A DNA stretch of 64,000 bases from an uncultured bacterium (GTDB lineage Bacteria > Chloroflexota > UBA5177 > JANWHV01): positions 224,001 through 288,000 of the forward strand of contig CAVSOU010000017.1 of the NCBI GenBank assembly GCA_963729625.1, read 5' to 3'. Shown here one piece after another: positions 40,420 through 49,794 of this stretch. The notes beneath the pieces are model-generated. The model did not search any database, was not told the origin of the DNA, and saw only the letters and a list, made by a program, of their open reading frames with translations. Every line of letters starts with the position of its first letter. Within the stretch, counting starts at the first letter, position 1. Position numbers and translations under genes: made by a program.

Positions 40420-41305
40420 ATGAACAATCCTATCAACTCTCCGGAGAACATCCTCAATGTAACACTGTCTGGGCTGGAAAGCGGTCTGCACATTCGGCAT
40501 ATTGCTAGCTTTTCGCTCAGTCATTGTGGCCCCGAGCAGCAAGTTGCTCACGTGCTGCAGCAGCCAGAACTGTTGCCTTTCGACCATATACCCGTAATGG
40601 AAGCTCACCGCTGTCTCGGTGTCCTGACTCGCTCTTGTGATGGTACTCCCGAGCCGGTGCGGGAGCACATGACCAAACTCCATGAAGGCATGCTTGTGGC
40701 CGCCGACATGCCAATCCTGCCATTCCTCTCGTGTCTGGCAGACGAGAGCTATCGACTAGTCGTCGATGGCATACAGATTCAAGGGATAGTCACCCGCAGC
40801 GAATCTCCTGAAGTTGCCAGTACGGGTGTGCGTATTTGCATTGATTACACACCTTGAGATGGTCATGGCTGAAGTGATCACCGATTGGTTCGGAGACAGA
40901 GATAGATGGCTCGTGTGCCTCGGCGAGGGACGGCGTGCCAAGGTAATGGACAAAATGCTGAAGCTCAAGGAGCAGGGACTCGATTCTACGGCAACCATCG
41001 AGTGCACTGACATCTGTGACAAACGAGACCTCATCGCCAAGGTGCTGAAGGGCGACAAGGTGCTGGCTGGCACGGCGCCGGAATTCACCAAGAATCTGAA
41101 GGACATTGAATTGCTGCGCAATTCTTTGGCGCACGCCGGCGGATATGCCAGAGATGAGGCGGAGCTTCGGAGCTTTATTGACACTGTCGCGTCGGCACGG
41201 AGGTGGATTCAGGTGTTGTCCGATCTGCGGTCAGCGGTGCACATTGACGTGAACGTTTTTGAAGGCGCGCCCATCTTCGGCTCGATCGAGGGTGATATCG
41301 CATGA
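40420..41305 (+). CDS. CBS-pair domain fused to a C-terminal HEPN-like domain (1-nt insertion at ~40802)
   Basis: CBS motifs FDHIPV...LGVL and LVVD...IQGIVTRS[DL]; removing one A in GAATCTC joins 40420-40857 to 40814-41305; C-terminal RNSLAH fits RxxxxH; RBS AAGGAG. Confidence 0.7.
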
Positions 41306-41520
41306 AGGCCACGGAAGCCAAGCTGCTCGACTTCTTGCGCAAAGCGCCGCAGTTTGCGATCAGCGAGGCGGCACGGCGCGAGGTGCTGGACCGGCTGCTG
41401 GCGCTCAACCACGAGCGGAACGCGGAGGAGGTGCAGCAGGGGTTGCACGACAAGGGGGCGAAGAAGGCGGGCAAGGGCAAGCAGACGCCAAGAAGTGAAG
41501 GGCGGGTTGCCCTTTTCTGA
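41302..41520 (+). pseudogene. Chimeric stub: GmrSD (DUF262) N-terminus fused to a drmMI C-terminal copy
   Basis: MKATEAKLLDFLRKAPQF matches the usual DUF262 start that continues into VIPIYQR; here it runs into ISEAARREVLDRLLALNH. Confidence 0.75.
41359..41469 (+). repeat. 111-bp direct repeat, copy 2
   Basis: Copy of drmMI 38527-38637. Confidence 0.92.
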
Positions 41521-41535
41521 GAGCGAGGTTCGACA

Positions 41536-42441
41536 ATGCCAAGGGTTCTGCCACGCGAGGTCAGGATCCATGTAGACAAGGCACGCGAATCGGCTTTGCT
41601 CGCCGTCGAGGTGTATAACAAGCCCCTGACCACGTTTCCTTCAGGCGGATATATCACCCTCATGTGTATCGCCTGGACCGCGCTCTTCCACTCGATCTGC
41701 TTCAGAAACAAGACCAACCCATTCTACCGAAATCGCGATCATCCCCGACTGTACGAACGGGTCGACGGCGACTACAAAGCCTGGGACTTAGCCAAGAGCG
41801 TCAAGGAATTCTACGGCGGCGGCGACTCATCCATCCGCAAGAATCTTGAGTTTATCGTGGGCCTGCGCAACAAAATCGAGCACCGTTCGATGCCGGAGCT
41901 TGACCTGCACGTTTTCGGAGAGTGCCAAGCGCTGCTGTTCAACTTGGAGGATCTCCTGGTCCGGCACTTCGGGCGGAAGTACGCCTTCAACGAGAGTCTT
42001 TCTCTGGCCCTGCAGTTTTCGCAGATGCGGGACCCCGAACAGGCTGCCGCAGTGCAAAGCCTTCATCGACCGCTGGCCAAGAACATCGACCGCTACCTGC
42101 GCGCGTTTCGTTCGTCGCTCACCACCGAGCAGCTAAACGACCTCAAGTACAGTTACAAGGTCTTCCTTATTCCTGGCACGTCCAACAACAGATCGGCTGA
42201 CGACCTAACGGTGCAATTCGTCCGCGTCGAAGATATGACCGAAGAGACCGGTGCCGCGCTCGAGAGTGCTATTGCCATAATCAAGCCTATGACGCAGCAG
42301 GTCGCCAACGCTGGCAGGCTGACGGCCAAGCAGGTGTGTAGCCGCATACAGCCTATTGTCCAGCAAGTGTGTCGGACCGAAACGCCTGGGTCCCCTGCCG
42401 CATGCAGCATCACGGCCAGCACTGCACGGCGGCGGGCATAG
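41536..42441 (+). CDS. DUF3644 (HEPN-like) protein, C-terminus possibly truncated
   Basis: KARESALLAVEVYNKP, IAWT..FH, LRNKIEH (RxxxxH), GECQA..FN; the last ~25 aa look non-native. Confidence 0.8.
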   Translation: MPRVLPREVRIHVDKARESALLAVEVYNKPLTTFPSGGYITLMCIAWTALFHSICFRNKTNPFYRNRDHPRLYERVDGDYKAWDLAKSVKEFYGGGDSSIRKNLEFIVGLRNKIEHRSMPELDLHVFGECQALLFNLEDLLVRHFGRKYAFNESLSLALQFSQMRDPEQAAAVQSLHRPLAKNIDRYLRAFRSSLTTEQLNDLKYSYKVFLIPGTSNNRSADDLTVQFVRVEDMTEETGAALESAIAIIKPMTQQVANAGRLTAKQVCSRIQPIVQQVCRTETPGSPAACSITASTARRRA

Positions 42442-42560
42442 GTGTGGCCAACGTTCGCACGACAAGCAGTTGTGCGCCCTGGCTGCCCTTACGCAGTTGC
42501 GACCTGAGGGGGCGACCGCCGGGGGCGCCCACTCAGCCAGAAATGCGGATCGCCGACCGC

Positions 42561-45185
42561 TCAGCTGTGCTCCACGACTTGCTGCTGGTCGGGTCCGAAC
42601 GTGTTCCCATGTACCAGCAGCAGATCGGCAGCAGGCAGGAGAATGGCGGTGCCGGCAATGGCCGAAAACGCATTGTCAATTATGGTGGGCTGCGAGGCTG
42701 TGTCGACGTAAATGCCGCCATTCGGCCCCTGCGCGAAACCGGAGTCCTTGACCGAGATATTGGCGCCGGCGCGAATCAACAGCATGCCGGGCACGTTGTA
42801 CGACCGGTCAAAGCCGCCGTAAAGGACCTGCACGTTCCTGAGGCTGCTGGCGGCGGCCGACGCGTTCTCGACGCGCAACACCTGCCAATCGCCGGGTTTC
42901 GGCTGCGCGGCGGCACTGGTGAACATGACGGGTGCACCGGCTGATCCATCGGCCTTCAGCGTCCCGTCCACCTGGAAGAGCGCACCGGGCCCCAGGGCGA
43001 TGACGGTGCCGGGCGCCAACGAGAGGATCACATGCGCCGCCAGCGTGACCGTCCCCGTCAGCACCACTGGAACCTCGGACGGCAGCCAGGTGGTCGACGT
43101 TGCGATCGTGCCGGGACGCGCCACGATGGGCGCCTGACCTGCAGCGAAGTGCAAGTGCGTGAACAGCCCGAGCGTGTCCACCGAGGCATCTACAGGACTG
43201 CCTGCGTCTCCGGCAAACAAACAGTTGGTGATCGTCGGACGCGTGGCGTCGTCGACAAAGACGGCGCCCGAAGAGTCCTGGGCCACCAGCGAGTTGCGTA
43301 CCGTGATGCTCGCTCCCGCACGCAGCAGGAGGGCGCCCGGGGTGTTGTAGGATTGATCGATGCCGCCGTAGAAGATCTGCACGTGGTCGAGCAGTGATTT
43401 CGATGCAGTTGCGTTCTCGATACGCAGCGCTTGCCAATCGCCCGGCTGCGGCATCACAGCGGCGCTGGTAAACGTGATCGGCGCCCTCGCGGTGCCGGCA
43501 GCACTGAGTGTCCCGTCCACTTGGAGGAGCGAATTCGGCCCCATGGCGATAATTGTGCCTGGTTTGAGCGTCAAGGTCGTGCCAGCATTGAGCGTCACCG
43601 TGCCGGTCAGCACAAGCGGTGGCTGCAGAACGGGCCAGATGGCCGTGTGCGTGATCGCGCCTTGTCGGGCGACTATCGGTGCCTGGCCAGGTGCGAGCCG
43701 TACACCCGCCACCTGCCCGAACAGATCGACGGCCGCATTGATGGGACTGCCGGCGTCATCCGCGAACAAGCAGTCCGCGATCGTGGGCCGACTGGAATCG
43801 TCCACAGAGATCGCCCCGTTTGAGTCAAAGGCGAAGAGGGAGTCTCTGATCGCGATGTTGGCGCCGGCCCGCACCAGGACCATGCCCGGCACACTGTAGG
43901 CGTGGTCGAAGCCGCCATAGAACATCCGCACGTGGTCGAGCACCGAGCCGCTGGCGCTGCTGTTCTCGATGCGCAGCGCCTGCCAGTCACCAGGCTGCGG
44001 GTGCGGCGAGAAGCTGGTGAATGTAATGGGCGCCGCGGCCGTTCCCTCCGCGCGGAGCACGCCGTCGACCTCGAGCAAGGCGTCTGGACCGAACTCGACG
44101 ACCGTGCCGGGGGCCAGGCGCAGGGTCGTGCCCGCAGGGAGGGTAGCCGTGCCCGTCACAAGCACGACGCCGGAGATGGAAGAGCCAATCAGCGTCCCGG
44201 TCAGCAGGATGTGCGGCACGCGCCCGGAGGGCGGCGTCTGCACTGGCATCGGCGGGGCCGGCGGGATAGAGAAGACGGGAGGCACCGTGGTCGAGGTCGA
44301 GTTGGGAAGCGCCTGTACCCAGCTCACCAGCGTGCGCAGGTCAACCTGCGCCGGCAGGCTGGGCGGCCGGCTGGGGAGCACCGTGGTCTGCTCACCGGCG
44401 CCGACCAGGACGGACCGGCCCTGATTGCTCACCAGGACCCGGCCCTCTATCACCGTGACGATGCCAGTCCGCTGTCCGCGCAGGTACCGGATGTCCAGCC
44501 GGGCGCCTGCCGTGGCAGCCACTGCCGTGCCTACCTGAACCTGGTGACTGGCGCCGTGCGCGACCTCCAGGAAGAGCTCACCCTGGTTCAGGGTTGCGTT
44601 CAGCGGATCCGCGATCACCACGTCCGTGCCGCTATTGAGGTCGGCCAGACTGCCGTCTCGCAAACCGAGGGAGGCCCGCTGTGCGCTCGCAGTGACTGCG
44701 TGGTAGTCCTGGAACAGGCCGTCGCCCACAGCCGCCGCCTGCGGCTTGCGGTGCGGCGCCACGATCGTCAGGCCGCGCGTGACGGCAAGCACGGAGGCGG
44801 GCGAGCCCGGCACGATGGGAATCTGTTGCGTGAGCAGCACGTAGCCGGGGGCAACGGCCTCCATCGTCGCGGTTCCCACCGACTGCGCATGCACCGTCAG
44901 ACGCAGTACACCACCATGGGCGCCGCCGATGACGGGGTTGCCTGCTCCGCTGATGCTCACTTGCGCTGCTACCGGCTGACCGCCGGCGTTGGTCACGACG
45001 ATGCGCAGCGGGACGTCGCGTCCCACGGCTATCTGTCCGGGTTGGACAGCAATGCGCAGGGTGGGTGCTGCAGCGTCCAGACGCGCCGTCGAGGCTTCAC
45101 CGCTCAGGATCGACGCCTGGGCGGCGGGCGAGGGAACCACCATAAGCAGCAGGAAGGCAAGTAGCACACGGTAGGATATAGGCAT
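42561..45185 (-). CDS. Secreted protein: Ig-like + FecR-like domain + three right-handed beta-helix repeats
   Basis: Signal peptide; FecR-like L.DGS...L..GE...VTVIEGRV; three repeats of TL.L.PGT...VDG.L.A.G...PITFTS...PGDW. Confidence 0.75.
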   Translation of the reverse strand: MPISYRVLLAFLLLMVVPSPAAQASILSGEASTARLDAAAPTLRIAVQPGQIAVGRDVPLRIVVTNAGGQPVAAQVSISGAGNPVIGGAHGGVLRLTVHAQSVGTATMEAVAPGYVLLTQQIPIVPGSPASVLAVTRGLTIVAPHRKPQAAAVGDGLFQDYHAVTASAQRASLGLRDGSLADLNSGTDVVIADPLNATLNQGELFLEVAHGASHQVQVGTAVAATAGARLDIRYLRGQRTGIVTVIEGRVLVSNQGRSVLVGAGEQTTVLPSRPPSLPAQVDLRTLVSWVQALPNSTSTTVPPVFSIPPAPPMPVQTPPSGRVPHILLTGTLIGSSISGVVLVTGTATLPAGTTLRLAPGTVVEFGPDALLEVDGVLRAEGTAAAPITFTSFSPHPQPGDWQALRIENSSASGSVLDHVRMFYGGFDHAYSVPGMVLVRAGANIAIRDSLFAFDSNGAISVDDSSRPTIADCLFADDAGSPINAAVDLFGQVAGVRLAPGQAPIVARQGAITHTAIWPVLQPPLVLTGTVTLNAGTTLTLKPGTIIAMGPNSLLQVDGTLSAAGTARAPITFTSAAVMPQPGDWQALRIENATASKSLLDHVQIFYGGIDQSYNTPGALLLRAGASITVRNSLVAQDSSGAVFVDDATRPTITNCLFAGDAGSPVDASVDTLGLFTHLHFAAGQAPIVARPGTIATSTTWLPSEVPVVLTGTVTLAAHVILSLAPGTVIALGPGALFQVDGTLKADGSAGAPVMFTSAAAQPKPGDWQVLRVENASAAASSLRNVQVLYGGFDRSYNVPGMLLIRAGANISVKDSGFAQGPNGGIYVDTASQPTIIDNAFSAIAGTAILLPAADLLLVHGNTFGPDQQQVVEHS

Positions 45186-45319
45186 GATCACACCTTTCGA
45201 GGAGAACTAGCGATTGCGACCGCGCGGCAAACGTCATTGAGGCTGCCCCAACGCTACAACTCGCTTGCTCCGCTGTCAAGCTTGACGGAGAATCAATCGG
45301 CCGAAACGATGGTATGGTG

Positions 45320-46207
45320 TTAGCGCCCACCCTGACCGGTCAGGGCAATCCCCTCTACGATCCAGCGCTGCGCGATCACGTAGACGACAAGCACTGGAAT
45401 CAAGGAGAGCGACGCGCCGACCATCAGCAGATTCCACTGGATGGTGTACTGGCTCTGAAACTCGATGATCCCCAACGGCAACGTCTTCAACGATTCCGTA
45501 TCCACTACTACCAGCGGCCAGAGGAAGTTGTTCCATGAGCCGAGGAAGGCGAAGATCACTAACGCGGCGAGCGCCGGTTTGGCGAGCGGCATCACGATGC
45601 GGGCGTAGATCGAGAAGTGCCCGGCCCCGTCCAGCAGCGCCGCCTCCTCGAGGTCCGCGGGCAGCGTCAGGAAGAATTGGCGCAACAGAAACGTGCTGAA
45701 TACGCTGGACACGAAGGGTGCGATCATTCCCTGGTAAGTGTTATGCCAACCCAAATAGTGAATCAGGATGTAGTTCGGGATGAGCGTCACCTGAAACGGG
45801 ATGATCAGCGTGGCGAGATAGACCGCGAAGAGAGCTCCTCGACCGGGAAAGCGCAGACGAGCGAACGCGTAGGCTGCCAGCGACGCAGTGATGACCTGGC
45901 AGCTGGTAATCGCCACGGCGACAATCATGCTGTTGATGAAGAAGCGTCCAATCGGCAATTGCTCCCACACGCTCTGATAGTTCCCCCATTCAAAGGGCTG
46001 GGGAATGAACTGGGGTGTCAGCGAGCCGATCTGCGCGTTCGTCTCGAGCGACGTCACGACCATGTAGACAAAGGGCAGCAGTACGATCGCGGCGCCGCCG
46101 GCGAGCAACAACCAGATCAAGGTGCCCGCCACGACAGCGCGGGCACGCAACGGCCGCTTCTCACGCAACCGAGGGGCCATCGCAGGAGGCTCAGCGCGGC
46201 TAACCAT
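45320..46207 (-). CDS. Sugar ABC permease (MalG-like)
   Basis: LEEAALLDGA loop, WNNFLWPL. Confidence 0.93.
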   Translation of the reverse strand: MVSRAEPPAMAPRLREKRPLRARAVVAGTLIWLLLAGGAAIVLLPFVYMVVTSLETNAQIGSLTPQFIPQPFEWGNYQSVWEQLPIGRFFINSMIVAVAITSCQVITASLAAYAFARLRFPGRGALFAVYLATLIIPFQVTLIPNYILIHYLGWHNTYQGMIAPFVSSVFSTFLLRQFFLTLPADLEEAALLDGAGHFSIYARIVMPLAKPALAALVIFAFLGSWNNFLWPLVVVDTESLKTLPLGIIEFQSQYTIQWNLLMVGASLSLIPVLVVYVIAQRWIVEGIALTGQGGR

Positions 46208-47183
46208 AATGCACCCAGCGGCGCTGCAACGTGAACTGCACCATCGTCACGGCGAATACCAGCATGAACAGCACCCAGGCTACCGCGGAGGCAATGCCCA
46301 TGTTCGATCCGGCGAAGACAAAGGCCCGCTGAAACAGGTAGCCAACCAGCGTATTCGTCGCGTTGTCAGGGTAGAACTGCCCGCCCGTCATGGCGTAGGC
46401 CTGGTCGAATATCTGAAACGAGCCGATCGTCGTCACCACGACCACAAAGAACGTCGTCGGGCTGATCAGCGGCAAGGTGACGTGTCTGAACTGTCCCCAC
46501 TTACCGGCGCCGTCGACTGCTGCCGCCTCCATGAGCGAGCGATCGACGCCCTGCAAGCCTGCCAGGAAGAGCACGATGTTGAAGCCAATCTGCCGCCAGA
46601 CGCCGAAGAGTATCAACGCGGGCATGGCCCAGGTCGTGCTGTTGAGCCAGCCGGGAGGATTCGGAACGCCGATCGCGTAGAGCGCACTGTCGATCAGCCC
46701 CGCGCGCGGGTCATAAATCCACTGAAAGACGAGCGCGGCGGCGACCAGCGTGGTGATATAGGGGGAAAAGTACGCCGTGCGCAGGAGCAGCGAGCCCGGC
46801 AGCTTGAGGTTGAGGCCCAACGCCACCAGCAGCGCCAGGGCCGTGGAAATCGGCACCACGCCCAGCGTGTAGTACAGCGTGTTGAAGAATACCTTGCGGA
46901 AGAGATCGTCGTCCCACAGGTACCTGTAGTTATCCAGGCCGGCGAAGCTCGGAGCATTGAGCAGATCCCAGTGCGCGAAGCTCAGGCCAAATGTGGCCAG
47001 CACGCCGAGCACCGTGAATATGAAGAAGGGGATGAGATCCGGCAGCAAGAACAGGATTGCCACGCGCCCGTCACCCCGCCGGTACGCCCCGTCCCGATGA
47101 CCGCGGCGCCGTACAAGTCGCGCGCGAATGGGTGTTCGTGCGTCACGTGGCATAGACGGAGTTGGTAGCGTGCCGGCAACCAC
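46200..47183 (-). CDS. Sugar ABC permease (MalF/UgpA-like)
   Basis: GLDNY, LAGLQ, MEAAAVDGA, HVTLPLI; start uncertain. Confidence 0.93.
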   Translation of the reverse strand: MVAGTLPTPSMPRDARTPIRARLVRRRGHRDGAYRRGDGRVAILFLLPDLIPFFIFTVLGVLATFGLSFAHWDLLNAPSFAGLDNYRYLWDDDLFRKVFFNTLYYTLGVVPISTALALLVALGLNLKLPGSLLLRTAYFSPYITTLVAAALVFQWIYDPRAGLIDSALYAIGVPNPPGWLNSTTWAMPALILFGVWRQIGFNIVLFLAGLQGVDRSLMEAAAVDGAGKWGQFRHVTLPLISPTTFFVVVVTTIGSFQIFDQAYAMTGGQFYPDNATNTLVGYLFQRAFVFAGSNMGIASAVAWVLFMLVFAVTMVQFTLQRRWVHYG

Positions 47184-47185
47184 GA

Positions 47186-47209
47186 CGGGGGCCGCTCTGG
47201 CGGCCCCCG
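47186..47209 (-). terminator. Stem-loop between SBP and permease genes
   Basis: Perfect 10-bp stem CGGGGGCCGC-TCTG-GCGGCCCCCG. Confidence 0.5.
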
Positions 47210-47232
47210 ACGCGCTTTTGCCGAAGCGGCGC

Positions 47233-48576
47233 TTACCCCTTCAGCAGCTTCTGCGCGGCCGCGGCTGCTTTTGGCAGAGCCTCCGCCGCCGTCTGCTCGC
47301 CGATCCAGATCGGCTGCAGCGCCGAGTCGATAGCATTGAAGACCGGCCCAACCTGGGCAAAGGATGGGAAGTCATGTCCGAGCTTGGTCTGAGCGGTGAA
47401 TACCTTGTTATACGGCTTGCTGGTCCATGTTGCCGAGCTCAACGCCTCAGGGCTGAGCGGTACGATGTCGTCGCCGGCCGCAAAAGCGAGTGAAGCGATG
47501 GAGCCGGTCATGAAGTCCCAGAGCTGATAGGCAGCATCGGGCTGGGAGCTGAACTTGGACATGCAGTAGCCGGCGCCGCCCGTGGCATTCACCACTTTAT
47601 GGCCGCTGAAGTGCGGCATACCGACGACAAACCAATCCAGACCCTTCGTCTTGTTGAAGGTCGGGACGAGGGCATGGTTGCCGAACGCCATGGCAAGCTG
47701 CCCGCCCGAGAACAGCGACGCGATCGTCGCCGAGCCAGCCATCTGCGATGGCGGTGGCGTAACCTTGTCGACATTTGTCAGGTCGCCAATGAACTGCAGT
47801 GCTTGCGCACCGGCCGGCGTATTGAACGTGGCTTTGGTAGGCGTGGCATCGCTGTCGAACAGCTCCACGCCGTTCTCCCACAGCCACAGCCGCCAGAAGT
47901 CGGTCTCGTAGGCATAGCCGTACTGGCTGACCCGGGCGCCGCTGCCGATCGTGAGCTTCATCGCGGTAGCACGCAGATCGTCGTAGCTCCAGCCGTCCTT
48001 GGGGTATGCCACACCGGCCTTCCGGAACAGCTTGCGATTGTAGAAGATGACTTTCGTGTCATTGTCGCGCGGCACACCGTAAAGGCCGCCATTCCACTCA
48101 AACAGGAAGAGCTCGCCCTGCGTGTAGCCGGCAAGATTCTTGCCGTGCTTTGCGGCCATCGCACGGATGTCGAGCAGCGCGCCCTTAGCAGCATAGGTTG
48201 GCACGTACGTCAGAAACATGACGTCCGGAATGCTCTTCGTCGCCAGGTCGGCGTTGAGGCGAATGAAATAGCTTGTGAAATCGGTCCATTGAGGCTGCAC
48301 CTGAATATTGGGGTAGCGCGCCTGGAATACCTTGAGAATTGCATTGGCCGTGATCTGCTCGTCAATGCTACCCCACGAGCCAAAGGTTATCTGTACCGGG
48401 CTGCTGGTCGCGGCGTGCGCCGATGCCGGGCCTTCGAGTGCTTCAAGCGCATAGGCAATGGCTGGGATCGACGCACCCAGGGCCAGGGCCCGCTTGATGA
48501 ACGTCACGCGACTCATTCCCGAGGCAGCGGCGTCGGTGGCCAGGGTCTCCAGATCGCGCTCGTACCGGTCTGCCAT
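47233..48576 (-). CDS. Sugar ABC substrate-binding protein with Tat-like leader
   Basis: PDVM, YGVP, IFYNRKLF.KAG; leader SRVTFIKRALALG; RBS AAGGAG. Confidence 0.92.
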   Translation of the reverse strand: MADRYERDLETLATDAAASGMSRVTFIKRALALGASIPAIAYALEALEGPASAHAATSSPVQITFGSWGSIDEQITANAILKVFQARYPNIQVQPQWTDFTSYFIRLNADLATKSIPDVMFLTYVPTYAAKGALLDIRAMAAKHGKNLAGYTQGELFLFEWNGGLYGVPRDNDTKVIFYNRKLFRKAGVAYPKDGWSYDDLRATAMKLTIGSGARVSQYGYAYETDFWRLWLWENGVELFDSDATPTKATFNTPAGAQALQFIGDLTNVDKVTPPPSQMAGSATIASLFSGGQLAMAFGNHALVPTFNKTKGLDWFVVGMPHFSGHKVVNATGGAGYCMSKFSSQPDAAYQLWDFMTGSIASLAFAAGDDIVPLSPEALSSATWTSKPYNKVFTAQTKLGHDFPSFAQVGPVFNAIDSALQPIWIGEQTAAEALPKAAAAAQKLLKG

Positions 48577-48793
48577 GATCCTTACTCCTTACGACCCACA
48601 TATCCACACGGCTTGTCATCCACATAAGCCGGTGGAATCATTATAGCCTCACGGATAGTAGCCCAACGGATCCGCCTACGCCATACCAGCGCAGCAATTG
48701 TGGTATGGCGCTCAGCTATGCGCTTGCCTAGAAGATCGGGCGCGGCGCCTGACCCCTACCGGTAGCCGGCCTCCGGCTGGTCAGAGGCGAGAC

Positions 48794-49744
48794 CTACTCC
48801 CTATTGGCGCTGAAGGGGTCAAGCGCGTCCCGCAGGCCGTCGCCCAGCAGATTCACGCTCAACACGGTGACAAGGATCATCAGTCCAGGATAGATGGCGG
48901 CCCAGGGAGCGTTAGCCATGTTTTCCTGGGCGTCGGCGAGCATGCTGCCCCAGCTGGAGGTGGGCGGCTGCACGCCGAAGCCGAAGAAGCTCAGCACCGA
49001 TTCCAGGATGATGTTATTGCCGACCAGAAGCGTGGCGTTCACGACGATCGGGGCAATGGCGTTGGGCAACAGGTGATGAACGATAATTCCCGTGGGACTG
49101 ACGCCCATCGCCTTGGCGGCCTGGATATACTCGCGCTCCTTCAACGACAAGAACTCGCCGCGCACCAGCCGGGCGATGTACGTCCAGCTTACGGCCATGA
49201 TCACCAGCACGATCATCGCGATGTTCTGACCGCCCGTGTTTCCGGCGATGAAGGCTGAAAGCACAAACAGCAGCAGGTAGAGTGGAAATGAGAGCATCAC
49301 ATCGGTCAAGCGCATCACGATATTGTCGATCCAGCCGCCGAAGTAGCCGGCGACGGCGCCGAGGAACGTGCCGAGCAGGATGGCGGTAATCATCGAGCTG
49401 AAACCGATGAGCAGCGAGATGCGACCGCCGTAGAGAATGCGGCTGAACACGTCGCGGCCCGAGAAGTCCATGCCCATGATGTGCGCGCTGCTGGGCGGAG
49501 CGCCGTTGAAGGCGTTGTAATCCTCGAAGTTCGGGTCGTGCGGCGCGATCCAGGGCGCGAGAACGGCGGAGCCGGTGAGCAGCACGATGAGCACGGTTGC
49601 AACCAGCGCCAGCTTGTGTTTTCGGAAGCGCCGCCAGGCCAGGTTCATGAGGCTGAGATGCTTGGTTTCTACAGTCTCAATCGCGCTCGGCGAGAAGTCG
49701 CGGGCGGCGCCCCTGTCGGACTTCATGGGATCGCTGGTGGTCAT
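48794..49744 (-). CDS. oppC: Oligopeptide ABC permease
   Basis: WRRFRKHKLA, GRDVFSR, YIQAAKAMG, GDGLRDALDP. Confidence 0.92.
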   Translation of the reverse strand: MTTSDPMKSDRGAARDFSPSAIETVETKHLSLMNLAWRRFRKHKLALVATVLIVLLTGSAVLAPWIAPHDPNFEDYNAFNGAPPSSAHIMGMDFSGRDVFSRILYGGRISLLIGFSSMITAILLGTFLGAVAGYFGGWIDNIVMRLTDVMLSFPLYLLLFVLSAFIAGNTGGQNIAMIVLVIMAVSWTYIARLVRGEFLSLKEREYIQAAKAMGVSPTGIIVHHLLPNAIAPIVVNATLLVGNNIILESVLSFFGFGVQPPTSSWGSMLADAQENMANAPWAAIYPGLMILVTVLSVNLLGDGLRDALDPFSANRE

Positions 49745-49794
49745 GCAATCTCCTGGCGCGTCGAGCTCTGGTGACTCACGTGCGATGCCGGCCG

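Noticed and set aside
38527-41469. DGR template/variable repeat interpretation of the 111-bp repeat next to an RT
   Set aside because: Mismatches are mostly synonymous and not confined to adenines of one copy; the RT has GIPIGP rather than the DGR-type G...SQ motif; no avd-like gene.
48600-48624. DnaA-box-like ATATCCACA / TCATCCACA pair
   Set aside because: Only two imperfect boxes, in a transporter promoter, with no AT-rich unwinding element or origin-associated genes.
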